Positions 16,162 through 25,419 are shown, counted from the stretch's first letter. The stretch: DNA of 64,000 bases from Solirubrobacteraceae bacterium (GCA_036257565.1 DATAFH010000085.1:36937-100936), one strand, 5' to 3'. Notes: generated by a model not told the origin, from the sequence alone. Made by a program: numbers and translations.

Positions 16162-17198
16162 GCGACTGCCGCCACGGTCTCGGCCGTGACCGGCGAGGCG
16201 GTGCCGTGCTCGGTGACCAGCGCCCAGACCAATGACGCGGGGGTGACGTCGAAGGCGGGGTTGCGGCACGGTGTGCCCGCGACGGTCAGGAGCGCCCCGC
16301 CGGCGGAGCGGACCTCGTCGGCCGAGCGCTCCTCGATCTCGATCATCTCGCCGGTCGGGAGCCGGAGGTCGATCGACGAGGACGGGCCCGCGGCCACGAA
16401 CGGCACGCCCTCGGCGCGGGCGGCCAGCGCGAGCCCGTAGGTGCCGACCTTGTTGGCAACGTCGCCGTTGGCGGCCACCCGGTCGAAGCCGGTGACCACC
16501 GCCTGGGCCGCACCGCGCCGGAGCAGGCCGGCGGCCGCGGCGTCGACGAGCAGTTCGTGCTCGATCCCGAGCCGCTGCAGCTCCCAGACCGTGAGCCGCG
16601 CGCCCTGCAGCAGTGGCCGCGCCTCGCAAGCGAGGACGCGGACGTCGCGGCGCTCGGCCAGCGCGGCGATCACGCCGAGGCCCGTGCCGCGCCCGGACGC
16701 GGCGAGCGCGCCCGAGTTGCAGTGCGTCATCACCGTGACGGGGCCGTCCGGGAGCACCCCGGACAGAGCGTCCGCGCCCCAACGCGCCAGGGCCTCGCTG
16801 GCTGCCCGGTCGTCGCGGTGGATCGCCTCGGCCGCCGACCGCGCGGCCGTGGCCAGCTCGTGCGGCGGCGCCGCCACCGCCGCGGCGACGACCCGCTCGA
16901 CGGCCCAGGCGAGGTTGCGGGCCGTCGGCCGCGCGCCGGCAAGCACCGCTGCTCCGCGCTCGAGCGCCTCCGGGCTCGGATCCCGGGCCACCTCCATCGC
17001 CAGCCCGTAGGCCGCCGCCACGCCGATCAGCGGCGCGCCACGGACCGCGAGCCGCCGGATCGCCTCGGCCGTCTCCGCCGCGCCGGACAGGGTGAGCACC
17101 CGCTCCTCGACGGGCAGCCGCGTCTGGTCGAGGATCCGCAGCACCGCACCGTCCCAGTGCAGCGGAGGCGGGGCATCGACGCGTGGCGGAGCGGCCAT
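16158..17198 (-). CDS. mtnA: S-methyl-5-thioribose-1-phosphate isomerase (eIF-2B alpha/beta/delta family)
   Basis: 346 aa. WDGAVLRILDQTRLP, RGAPLIGVAAAYG and later family-typical blocks. Confidence 0.88.
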   Translation of the reverse strand: MAAPPRVDAPPPLHWDGAVLRILDQTRLPVEERVLTLSGAAETAEAIRRLAVRGAPLIGVAAAYGLAMEVARDPSPEALERGAAVLAGARPTARNLAWAVERVVAAAVAAPPHELATAARSAAEAIHRDDRAASEALARWGADALSGVLPDGPVTVMTHCNSGALAASGRGTGLGVIAALAERRDVRVLACEARPLLQGARLTVWELQRLGIEHELLVDAAAAGLLRRGAAQAVVTGFDRVAANGDVANKVGTYGLALAARAEGVPFVAAGPSSSIDLRLPTGEMIEIEERSADEVRSAGGALLTVAGTPCRNPAFDVTPASLVWALVTEHGTASPVTAETVAAVA

Positions 17199-17206
17199 CG
17201 GGCACG

Positions 17207-18052
17207 ATGCTAACCGTGCCGCCCGCCCTCGAAGCTCGCGACCTGCGGAAGTCGTACGGGTCGATCGATGCCCTCAAGGGCGTGAGCCTGGAGGTCTCCG
17301 AGGGCGAGCTGGTCGGGCTGCTGGGACCCAACGGCGCCGGCAAGTCCACGCTCGTGAAGATCGCGTGCGGGCTCGTGCGCCCCACCCGCGGAACCGCCGC
17401 CATCGCGGGCGCGCCCGCGGGCGAGCCGGAAGCCCACCGCTCGCTCGGCTACCTCGCCGAGCTGTTCCGCTTCCCCGACTGGCTGACCGCCGACGAGCTG
17501 CTCGCGATGCACCAGCGGCTCGCCGCCGCCGACGGCGGGGCGGCGGAGCGCAAGCGCCTGCTCGCCGCCGTCGGCCTCACCGACGCGACCGACCGCCGCG
17601 TCGGCGCGATGTCGAAGGGCATGCAGCAACGCCTCGGGATCGCCCAGGCGATGATCGGCGACCCGCGCGTGCTGCTGCTCGACGAGCCGACCAGCGCGCT
17701 CGACCCCGCCGGCCGCCGCACGGTGCGCCGGCTGCTCGAGGACCTGCGCGAGCGCGGCGTCGCCGTGCTGCTCAACTCGCACCTCCTGTCCGAGGTCGAG
17801 CTCGTCTGCGACCGCGTCGCGATCATCAACCGGGGCGAGGTCGTCACGGCCGGTACGCCCGACGAGCTGAGCCGCGCCAGCGGCGTCGAGGTCACGACGG
17901 CCAACGGCACCCGCATGTTCGAGGGCGCCGACCGCGACGAGGCGCCGAGGATCGTGCGCGACCTCGTGGCCGCCGGCGAGGAGGTCTTCGAAGTGCGCGT
18001 CCTGCGCTCCACGCTCGAGGACGCCTACCTCGAGGCGGTGGGCGAGGAGTGA
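17207..18052 (+). CDS. ABC transporter ATP-binding protein (ABC-2 type)
   Basis: Walker A GPNGAGKST, signature MSKGMQQR, Walker B LLLDEPTSALD. ATG 17207 preferred over GTG 17183, which would overlap mtnA. Confidence 0.85.
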   Translation: MLTVPPALEARDLRKSYGSIDALKGVSLEVSEGELVGLLGPNGAGKSTLVKIACGLVRPTRGTAAIAGAPAGEPEAHRSLGYLAELFRFPDWLTADELLAMHQRLAAADGGAAERKRLLAAVGLTDATDRRVGAMSKGMQQRLGIAQAMIGDPRVLLLDEPTSALDPAGRRTVRRLLEDLRERGVAVLLNSHLLSEVELVCDRVAIINRGEVVTAGTPDELSRASGVEVTTANGTRMFEGADRDEAPRIVRDLVAAGEEVFEVRVLRSTLEDAYLEAVGEE

Positions 18053-18903
18053 GCGGCGCCCGCGTCATCGCCGTCTTCGCGTTGCGGGAGTCGGTGCGAC
18101 GCCGGGTGTTCGTCGTCGTCGGCCTGCTCACGATCGCCTTTCTCGCGCTGTACGGGCTCGGCACCTGGCAGCTGTTCGACTCCGTCGGAGACTTCGACGA
18201 GCCGATCGAGGGCGTCGACGCGCGCACGGTGGCGGGCGCGACGATCCTCGGGCTGGCGATGTTCGCGACGCTCTTCCTGGGCTGCATCCTCGCCGTCTTC
18301 CTCACGCTGGGTGCCGTGCGGGGCGACGCCGAGCGCGGGCTGCTCCAGCCCGTCCTCGTGCGGCCGCTGCGCCGGCGCACCGTGCTCGTCGGCCGCTTCG
18401 CCGGGGCCGCCGGTGTGTGCGCCGTCTACGTCGTCGCGGTCTTCGTCGCGGCGACCGTCATCACCTGGGTGTTCAGCGACTGGTGGCCCGACCGCACGGT
18501 CGTGCCCGCGCTTCAGCTCGCCGCCGCAGTCACCGTCCTCACCGCGCTCTCGCTGGCCGGCTCGGTCGTCCTCTCCTCGACCGCGAACGGCATCGCCGTG
18601 TTCATGCTCTTCGGCGCCGGCCTGGTGGCAGGGCTGCTCGGCCAGATCGGCGAGGCGCTCGGCTCCCGCACGCTCGACGACGTGGCCAACGTCGTGAGCT
18701 GGGTGCTGCCGTTCGAGGCGCTCTACCAGGCGGCGCTCGCCGCGATCACCGTCGACACCGTCGGCTTCACGCGGCTGGCCATCGAGCTCGGGCCCTTCGG
18801 CGGCGCCGAGGGCGCCGGGCCGCTGCTGTGGCCCTACACGCTCGGCTATGTGCTCTTGACCGGAGCCGTCGCCGCAGCCGCCTTCTCGCGCCGCGATCTT
18901 TAG
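18049..18903 (+). CDS. ABC-2 type transporter permease
   Basis: GTG 18049 overlaps the ATPase stop (GTGA). 284 aa with about 6 TM helices. The upstream part of listed ORF 17092.. is out of frame with the ATPase. Confidence 0.75.
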   Translation: MSGARVIAVFALRESVRRRVFVVVGLLTIAFLALYGLGTWQLFDSVGDFDEPIEGVDARTVAGATILGLAMFATLFLGCILAVFLTLGAVRGDAERGLLQPVLVRPLRRRTVLVGRFAGAAGVCAVYVVAVFVAATVITWVFSDWWPDRTVVPALQLAAAVTVLTALSLAGSVVLSSTANGIAVFMLFGAGLVAGLLGQIGEALGSRTLDDVANVVSWVLPFEALYQAALAAITVDTVGFTRLAIELGPFGGAEGAGPLLWPYTLGYVLLTGAVAAAAFSRRDL

Positions 18904-18963
18904 ATCCGGTGATCGCGGCGCGCCGGGCAGGGGCGCGTCCAGGCCTCACCACGGGAGGGTGAC

Positions 18964-20003
18964 ATGGCTTCATCTCGTCGGGTGTCCCGGGCGATTCTCG
19001 CGGCGGGACTGGTCGTCGCCACGATGGCGTTTGGGGCGCCCGCGGCGATCATCTACGTCGAGGCGTTCGGAGCCGACCTGTTCCCGACGCTGTCGGACCG
19101 CTTCGACATCGTCGGCGTCGACCCGCGCGGCACGGGCGCCAGCGAAGGGGCGATCGACTGCGACGTGAACCAGGAGACCCAGGGCGTCTACTCGCAGCCG
19201 TTCGACACCCCGCTCGACCCCGGCGTCGACCGGCTCGTGCGCACCGACCGGCGCTACATCAACGCGTGTCTGCGGGCGGCCGACGAGTCGCCGCTCCCGG
19301 CCGCCCAGGGCCGGCCGGTGGACGGCGACGACGTGCGCGCCGCGGCGGTCAGCGCCATCTACTCGAAGTCCGCGTGGGGCGCCCTCGGGCTCGCGCTCGC
19401 CGCCACCGAGGACGGCGACGGGACGCTCGTCCGGGGCCTCGCGGACGGGTTCTACGGCCGCCTCGACGACGGCAGCACGACCCGCTGCTCGACCGCTACT
19501 TCGTCCTCGGCGCGCTCGAGCAGCGCTACCGCGGCGACCTCGACACGTACCTCGAGGCCGGCGACCACTCGTGGGGCATATTCGACCACGCGTGGTGGAA
19601 CCACGGCTACACCGAGCTGGCGTGGAGGCTGTGGCCGATCGACGCGCGCGGCGCGTTCCACGGGCCGTTCAAGGCGTCCAAGCGCTCGCCGACGGTGCTC
19701 GTGGTGGGCACGACGTACGACCCCGCGACGCCCTACCGCGGCAGCGTGCGGCTCACGCGCGACCTCGGCAACGCGCGCCTGCTGACGATGCGCGGCGACG
19801 GCCACACCGCCTACGGCGGCAACTCGGCGTGCATCGACGCGGCGGTCGACGCGTACCTCGAGGACGGCGTCGTGCCCGCCAAGGGCGCCAAGTGCCGCCA
19901 GGAGGTGCCGTTCGTGGCGCCCGGCGCGGCGGCCGCGGCGCGCCGCGAGGCGTCGGCGGTCTCCCACGTGCTGCCGCTCGCCCGCCCGCTGGCGCAGCGC
20001 TGA
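18964..20003 (+). pseudogene. degraded TAP-like (tripeptidyl aminopeptidase family) alpha/beta hydrolase
   Basis: Two ORFs (18964..19785 and 19266..20003) join at about nt 19475 by a 1-nt shift. DIVGVDPRGTG and the C-terminal TAP domain (VVGTTYDPATPY...GDGHTAY...C..YLEDGVVP) are present. The NPGGPG and GxSYGT nucleophile regions are missing. Confidence 0.7.
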
Positions 20004-20048
20004 TCGCAACCTCGCCGCGGGGGGCTTCGCGCTCCCAGCGGCCGGGCA

Positions 20049-20082
20049 CCGGCGGGAGCCCTCGACGAAGCCCTCCCGCCGG
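20049..20082. terminator. GC-rich hairpin between convergent genes (possible bidirectional terminator)
   Basis: CCGGCGGGAG (20049-20058) pairs with CTCCCGCCGG (20073-20082): a 10-bp stem with a 14-nt loop. No U-tract. Confidence 0.35.
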
Positions 20083-20100
20083 ATTGCGGCGGCGTCCTGA

Positions 20101-20517
20101 CTAGGAGCGGTCGACGAGGTCGTTCTGGATCTGGAGCGGCGGCGCGCCCGGCTCGGCGGCCTTCGGCGCGTGGTCCGGCGCCTCGGCCGGCGGCTCGACG
20201 CCCATCACCTGGAACAGCTCGCCCGTCTCGTACATCTCGGAAACGATGTCGCAGCCCCCTACGAGCTCGCCCTTGACGAACAGCTGGGGGATGGTCGGCC
20301 AGTTCGAGAGGCCCGAGAGCTCCTGCCGGATGCGGGGATCCGGGAGGATGTCGACCGCCGCGAACGGCTTGCCGACGGCATCGAGGGCTGCGACCGTGCG
20401 CGCGGAGAAGCCGCACGCGGGGCGCTCCGGCGTCCCCTTCATGAAGAGGATCACCTCGTGGTCGCGGATCGCCTCGGCGATCGCCTCGCGGATGGGGTTG
20501 TCGGTCGTCTCGCTCAT
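20101..20517 (-). CDS. grxD: monothiol (CGFS) glutaredoxin, Grx4 family
   Basis: Internal ATG 20517, 138 aa. VILFMKGTPERPACGFSARTV (CGFS active site) and WPTIPQLFVKGELVGGCDI. Confidence 0.9.
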   Translation of the reverse strand: MSETTDNPIREAIAEAIRDHEVILFMKGTPERPACGFSARTVAALDAVGKPFAAVDILPDPRIRQELSGLSNWPTIPQLFVKGELVGGCDIVSEMYETGELFQVMGVEPPAEAPDHAPKAAEPGAPPLQIQNDLVDRS

Positions 20518-20518
20518 G

Positions 20519-20746
20519 TCACTCCGCTCGCGTTTCGAGGGACAGCGCGTGGATCGCGCCGCCGATCTCGGATCCGAACACCGCATAGACGCGGCGGTGC
20601 TGCTCGATCCGGCTCAGGTCGGCGAACTCGGGGGCCGAGACCGCGGCGCGGAAGTGGTCGCCGCCGCCTGTAAGGTCCGTGACATCCGCGCGGGCGCCAG
20701 GGATGGCCGCCTCGATCCGCTGCCTCAGCTCGTCCGTCGTCGGCAC
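20519..20746 (-). CDS. BolA family protein
   Basis: 75 aa. GGGDHFRAAVSAPEFADLSRIEQHRRVYAVF...IHALSLET is typical BolA/IbaG. The stop lies 1 nt before the grx start. Confidence 0.88.
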   Translation of the reverse strand: MPTTDELRQRIEAAIPGARADVTDLTGGGDHFRAAVSAPEFADLSRIEQHRRVYAVFGSEIGGAIHALSLETRAE

Positions 20747-20783
20747 CCTTCAGACTGTAGCGGGCGCTATTCTTTCTGAAGCG

Positions 20784-21137
20784 ATGATCACCCTCACCGA
20801 CAAGGGCGCCGAGAAGGTGCAGGAGTTCCTGGCCAGCCAGGGCGCCGAGATCCAGACCTCCGGCCTGCGGGTCGGCGTGCGCGGAGGCGGCTGCTCCGGC
20901 TTCCAGTACGCGCTCGCATTCGATACCCAGCGTGACGGCGACGAGGTGTTCGAGGACCACGGCCTCCGCATCCTGGTCGACGGACCGAGCCTGCCGTACG
21001 TGCGCGGCGCCATCGTCGACTACGTCGAGGGCCTGCAGGGTGCGGGCTTCAAGGTCGACAACCCCAACGTGATCGCTGCATGCGGCTGCGGCTCCTCGTT
21101 CCGCGTAGCGGACGAGGAAGAGGTCTCGGCGGTCTAG
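20784..21137 (+). CDS. erpA: HesB/IscA/ErpA-type iron-sulfur cluster insertion protein
   Basis: ATG 20784, 117 aa. LRVGVRGGGCSGFQY and the C-terminal CGCGSSF cluster-ligand motif. Confidence 0.9.
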   Translation: MITLTDKGAEKVQEFLASQGAEIQTSGLRVGVRGGGCSGFQYALAFDTQRDGDEVFEDHGLRILVDGPSLPYVRGAIVDYVEGLQGAGFKVDNPNVIAACGCGSSFRVADEEEVSAV

Positions 21138-22363
21138 CCGCCCTCGCGGTCCTCATCGCCGTCGTCGTCACCGTCGCGGGGCGCGGCGGGGATGAGTCGC
21201 GCGAGCCTGCCCGCCCCACCGCCTCGCCCTCGCCCGAGCCGGCGCTCGACGCCCCCACCGACGGCCCGTCGCTCGCTCTCGGCATCACCGAGCAGAACCC
21301 GAACCTGCTCGCGCCGATCGGGCCGGGCTCGAACGCGCCGCCCTGGAGCCGCTGGCGCGACGAGCTGACGCGCGTCGACCCCGCGGTCTACCGCCTGCTC
21401 GTCGTCTGGTACGAGGTCCAGCCGGGGCCGGACGCACCGGCCAACCTCGCGATGCCGCAGACCGGCTGCATGCGCGACAAGCCGCCGTGCTCGGAGTACG
21501 CCGGCGTGCGCGACCAGCTGCGGGCGCTCGCTGCCCGCCAGCGCGACGGCGGCTGGGAGGGGATGGTCGTCGTCACCGGTACCCCGGAGTGGGCCGAGGG
21601 CCCGAAGAGCGGCTGCCCCGGCGAGCGGCGCGCCGGCGCACCGCGCCCGGACGCGATCCCGGCCTACCGGCGCCTGCTGGCCGCGGTGTTCGCGATGGCC
21701 GACGAGGTCGGCGCGAGCCTGCGCTACGTCAGCCCGTGGAACGAGCCGAACCACCCGGGCTTCCTCGCGCCCCAGCGCGCGCGCTGCGACGCCGGTGCTC
21801 GTCCGCGGGCGGTGGCGCCGTACGTCCGGCTGGTGCGCGCCGCACAGGCCGAGATGGGCGACCGCGAGCTCGCGCTCGGCGACGCCGCGGGCGTGACCGA
21901 ACCGCAGGCGCGCGCCCTGGCGATCGGCGAGCTGGTCCGCGGCCTGCCGCGCGACATCGTCTGCGACGCCCCGGTCTGGTCCCAGCACGGCTACATCGGC
22001 GGCCGCGACCCCGTCGCCGCGGCCCGCACCGCGCTCGCCTCGCGGGGGTGCCCGCGCGAGCACGCGATCTGGATCACCGAGACGGGCGTCGGCCCGGCGC
22101 CTGGCGGCCTCTCGCTCGCCCGCGGGATCACGAGCGAGCGTCAGGGCTGCGAGCTGCTCCACGAGCGCCTGTCGGAGTGGTACGCCGACCCGCAGGTCAC
22201 GGTCGCGGTGCAGTACACGATGCGCGAGGACGACCTCTTCCCGACCGGGCTCGTCACCACCGATCTCTCGCGCGCTCGGCTCGCGCTCGGCGAGTGGCAG
22301 GCGTGGGGTTCACGGGCGAGCGCCGCCGCGCCGCCGCCGGAGGACGTCAACTGCGCGGGGTAG
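21080..22363 (+). CDS. membrane-anchored putative glycoside hydrolase (clan GH-A-like)
   Basis: 427 aa. N-terminal TM helix (LGGLAALAVLIAVVVTVAG). VSPWNEPNHPG and WITETGV resemble the clan GH-A acid/base and nucleophile motifs. The only canonical start, ATG 21080, overlaps erpA by 58 nt. Confidence 0.55.
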   Translation: MRLRLLVPRSGRGRGLGGLAALAVLIAVVVTVAGRGGDESREPARPTASPSPEPALDAPTDGPSLALGITEQNPNLLAPIGPGSNAPPWSRWRDELTRVDPAVYRLLVVWYEVQPGPDAPANLAMPQTGCMRDKPPCSEYAGVRDQLRALAARQRDGGWEGMVVVTGTPEWAEGPKSGCPGERRAGAPRPDAIPAYRRLLAAVFAMADEVGASLRYVSPWNEPNHPGFLAPQRARCDAGARPRAVAPYVRLVRAAQAEMGDRELALGDAAGVTEPQARALAIGELVRGLPRDIVCDAPVWSQHGYIGGRDPVAAARTALASRGCPREHAIWITETGVGPAPGGLSLARGITSERQGCELLHERLSEWYADPQVTVAVQYTMREDDLFPTGLVTTDLSRARLALGEWQAWGSRASAAAPPPEDVNCAG

Positions 22364-22387
22364 GGAGGGTGGGGGAGTCGGCGCCGC

Positions 22388-23743
22388 CTACCCGGCCTGA
22401 CTCAATAGCCAAAGGGCGAGAGTCGTAAAGCCGACCATGATCCCGAGCATCCAGTACTGCGAGCGCACCGCCAGCTTGGGATCGCGGTACAGCGCCAGCG
22501 CGCGGTCGTGCGCGAGGCTCAGGCCGGCCACGTGGCCGAGGACGACGCAGCCCACCTGTGCGTACCACTGGCCGTTCTGGGAGAGCAAGGAGTAGTCGAT
22601 GCCCGATGAGGCGGTGCCGAACAGGTCCCAGCCCTGCCCGAACGGGTCCGAGGCCAGGTAGATGATCTGCTGGCCGCTGAACAGCAGGTACGTGAGGTAG
22701 TGGGCGGCGACGTACGCGCCGGCGATCGGCACGAGCGTGTGGACGAACTCGCGCCGGAGCTGCGCCGCGGTGAAGCCGCCGCCGACCGAGCGCGCGCCCT
22801 CCATCCCCACCCAGTAGAAGCCGGCGACCAGCGCGACGCCGCCCAGGAGCCCGATCGTGCCCGCGACCTTCGGCGCCGCCGAAGCTCCGATCCCGAGGCT
22901 CGTGAAGACGTCGACCATCGAGGCCGAGATGTCGCCCCACGCGCTCCCCTGCTCGAAGCCGTCGAACGTGACCGTCCCGATCATCACCGCCAGCAGGGCG
23001 ACCGTGCCCGCCGCCGGAGCGAGCCGCGGCAGGCCGCCGAGCACGGGCCGCAAGCCGACCACGCCGTCGCGCGTCTCGAACGGGCTGATCCGCGAGAACA
23101 GGTTGAAGTAGACCGAGAACGCCTCGCCGCGGCGGGTCCAGGTCTCCACACCCCACACCGCCTGGGCGGCGAGGGTGACGATCGTGTAGCCCACGGCGAG
23201 GCTCGCGATCGTGCGCGGGAGGATCGCCCACTCGCTCACGAGCTCGACCCACGTGAAGGCGAGCAGCCCCGCGGCGCCCGGCCATCGCCCGAGCCGCTCC
23301 GGGTAGGGCCGGTGCAGCGGCGCGCGCCGGCCGAGCAGCGCCCCCGTGGCCCGCCCGATCGCTCGCCACGGATTGAACGCCCGGAACAGGTCGCCGAAGA
23401 GGACCGACGCGAAGACGACGCCGACCCAGAAGATGATGAAGATGAAGGTGGGCGTGAGGTTGTCGGCGCCCGAGTCCGGCCCGACGTAGGCCGCCACGAC
23501 CACGAGGGCGAGCAGCCCGACGCCGATCGTCCCGCACGCCACGTCGACGGCGCGGTTGCCCAGCAGGCGCGCGAGGCCGAAGGGCAGCGGGCGCCACCCC
23601 GGTTGCTCGAGCCGCGGCCGCGGCCACAGCACGGCCAGCGCCGCGAACGACACGACGAGCACGGCGGCCGCCGCCCACCCGAACAGCCACTCGGGAATCG
23701 GCAGGTTCTGCCGCGCGCTGAGTCCGCTGTGCGCGAACAGCAT
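22388..23743 (-). CDS. polytopic integral membrane protein (hypothetical, ~12 TM)
   Basis: 451 aa, hydrophobic throughout. The start lies 3 nt after the stop of the upstream lipoprotein gene. No family recognised. Confidence 0.7.
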   Translation of the reverse strand: MLFAHSGLSARQNLPIPEWLFGWAAAAVLVVSFAALAVLWPRPRLEQPGWRPLPFGLARLLGNRAVDVACGTIGVGLLALVVVAAYVGPDSGADNLTPTFIFIIFWVGVVFASVLFGDLFRAFNPWRAIGRATGALLGRRAPLHRPYPERLGRWPGAAGLLAFTWVELVSEWAILPRTIASLAVGYTIVTLAAQAVWGVETWTRRGEAFSVYFNLFSRISPFETRDGVVGLRPVLGGLPRLAPAAGTVALLAVMIGTVTFDGFEQGSAWGDISASMVDVFTSLGIGASAAPKVAGTIGLLGGVALVAGFYWVGMEGARSVGGGFTAAQLRREFVHTLVPIAGAYVAAHYLTYLLFSGQQIIYLASDPFGQGWDLFGTASSGIDYSLLSQNGQWYAQVGCVVLGHVAGLSLAHDRALALYRDPKLAVRSQYWMLGIMVGFTTLALWLLSQAG

Positions 23744-23746
23744 TGC

Positions 23747-24748
23747 CTAGAGCGCGGTCTTGAGGGCGTTCTCGAACGCCGTAAGCCCGAACGAGCCCTC
23801 GAGGCGAGCCGTGATCCGGCCCTGGGAGTCCACGACGAAGAGCCACGGCTCGGTGCGCAGCCGGAACGCCTTCAGCGGCTCGCGCAGGCCGACCTGCGGG
23901 TTGTTGTCGATGTAGACCTCCTGGTGGATGAACTCCACCCGGTCGCCGTACTTGGCCTGCAGCTGCAGCGCCACGTCGGTCACCGGCCCGCAGACGCGCG
24001 ACTGGCAGAGCTGCGGCGTGGCGAAGAGCAGGGCGACCGGCTTGGTGCCGACGACCTGGTCGAACGAGGTCTTATGCATCTCGCTGGGCGGCGTGCGCGT
24101 GTCAAGCAGGTCGCGGTTGCCCTTGACCGACTCGAGCGTGTCCGTCTTGACCTTGGGCGGCGCCTCGCCGACGTCGGGGATCGCGTCGGCCTGCTTCGTG
24201 GTCACCTGCACCTTGGCCGGCGCCGCCACGTAGGAGTCACCCTGGCGCGTGACGACCAGCACGTCGTAGGCGCCCTGGCGCCGGAAACGGACCTGCGCCT
24301 GGTAGACGGCCGCGAACGGGTCGCTCTCCTCCGCCGCCTGCTTCGACCGGTAGCGCGGCTCGGTGACCAGCACGTCGGCGGGCGCCGCGAACGGGCCCTG
24401 CGCGCGCGAGCCGGACGCCGGCGCCACGTAGACGGCGGTCGGCCCGTAGACGAACTGGCCCTCGTTGTCGATCACGCCGAAGGCGAGCCGGTCGCGCCCG
24501 ACCGTGAAGACCGACGTGGCGAGGCCGACCTCGACCGTGCCACCGCCACGCACCTCGTTGGCGATCTGCTGCAGGGTGCGGCCCTTCGCGGGCGGGAAGT
24601 CGGACGCCTCGACCGCCTGGGCGGCCTGGACCCGCTCCCGCAGGCCGCCCTCGGCCGGCACCTGGGAGGCCCCGCCGTCCGACGACGCCTCGCTGCCGCC
24701 ACAACCCCCCAGCGCGAGCAGCAGCGCTACGAGCACCAGCCTCCTCAT
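23747..24748 (-). CDS. lipoprotein with C-terminal thioredoxin-fold-like domain (CxxxxC)
   Basis: Internal ATG 24748. MRRLVLVALLLALGGCGG lipobox. C-terminal PVALLFATPQLCQSRVCGPV and WLFVVDSQGRI resemble redoxin/TlpA-like folds. Confidence 0.7.
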   Translation of the reverse strand: MRRLVLVALLLALGGCGGSEASSDGGASQVPAEGGLRERVQAAQAVEASDFPPAKGRTLQQIANEVRGGGTVEVGLATSVFTVGRDRLAFGVIDNEGQFVYGPTAVYVAPASGSRAQGPFAAPADVLVTEPRYRSKQAAEESDPFAAVYQAQVRFRRQGAYDVLVVTRQGDSYVAAPAKVQVTTKQADAIPDVGEAPPKVKTDTLESVKGNRDLLDTRTPPSEMHKTSFDQVVGTKPVALLFATPQLCQSRVCGPVTDVALQLQAKYGDRVEFIHQEVYIDNNPQVGLREPLKAFRLRTEPWLFVVDSQGRITARLEGSFGLTAFENALKTAL

Positions 24749-24770
24749 CAGGCCGATGAGGGTAGCTACG

Positions 24771-25394
24771 TCACATCGGCTGGTTGTCCAGGCTCCGCCA
24801 CAGGTACAGGCAGGCGCGCGTGCGGTACGGGCGCCACGGCTCGGCCAGCACCTGCAGGTCGGCCGGAGGCGGGGGAGCGGCGAGCCCGTACGCGCGCATG
24901 GCCGCGTTGCGCACCCCGAGGTCACCCGTGGGCAGGACGTCGGGCCGGTGGAGCGTGAACATCAGGAACATGTGGGCGGTCCACTCGCCGATCCCCTTGA
25001 CCGCGGTCAGCTCGCGGATCACCTCGCCGTCGGGCAGCTCGTCGAGCCGGTCGAGCTCGATCTCGCCGGACAGGACGTGCTCGGCCAGCGACCGCAGGTA
25101 GGTGACCTTCGCGCGCGAGAAGCCGCACGCCACCCGTAGCTCGTCGGGGTCGTCACCGAGGATCTGCTCGGGCGTCGGCGTGTGGCCGCCGAAGCGCTCG
25201 AGCAGCCGCCCCCAGATCGACGCCGCCGCCTTGACGGACAGCTGCTGGCCGGTGATCGAGCGCACGAGCGCGCCGTACTGCTCGTCCGGGCGGCCGCGGC
25301 GGTCCGGCTCGTCCGGGAGCGGGCCACCGAAGCCGTCGATCAGGCCCGCCATCACCGGATCCGCGTGGTACAGGTGGCTGTCCGGTGCCTTCAC
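24771..25394 (-). CDS. DNA-3-methyladenine glycosylase II-like (HhH-GPD, AlkA family)
   Basis: HhH-GPD core AVKGIGEWTAHMFLMFTLHRPDVLPTGDLGVRNA. Start is GTG 25394, or alternatively ATG 25352. Confidence 0.8.
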   Translation of the reverse strand: MKAPDSHLYHADPVMAGLIDGFGGPLPDEPDRRGRPDEQYGALVRSITGQQLSVKAAASIWGRLLERFGGHTPTPEQILGDDPDELRVACGFSRAKVTYLRSLAEHVLSGEIELDRLDELPDGEVIRELTAVKGIGEWTAHMFLMFTLHRPDVLPTGDLGVRNAAMRAYGLAAPPPPADLQVLAEPWRPYRTRACLYLWRSLDNQPM

Positions 25395-25419
25395 GGCGGG
25401 GCAGGCTAGCCTGATCGCG

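Noticed and set aside
15148-17403. 751-aa ORF suggesting a giant fusion protein
   Set aside because: Only the last 337 codons (from GTG 16161) read as a Zn-ADH. The upstream part is Arg/Gly/Ala/Pro junk lying out of frame over the well-supported mtnA gene (16158..17198).
22700-24958. 752-aa plus-strand ORF, and the 499-aa minus ORF 22347..23846
   Set aside because: These are antisense or out of frame relative to the polytopic membrane protein and lipoprotein genes. The composition is extremely Arg/Asp/Glu/Pro-rich, with no motifs.
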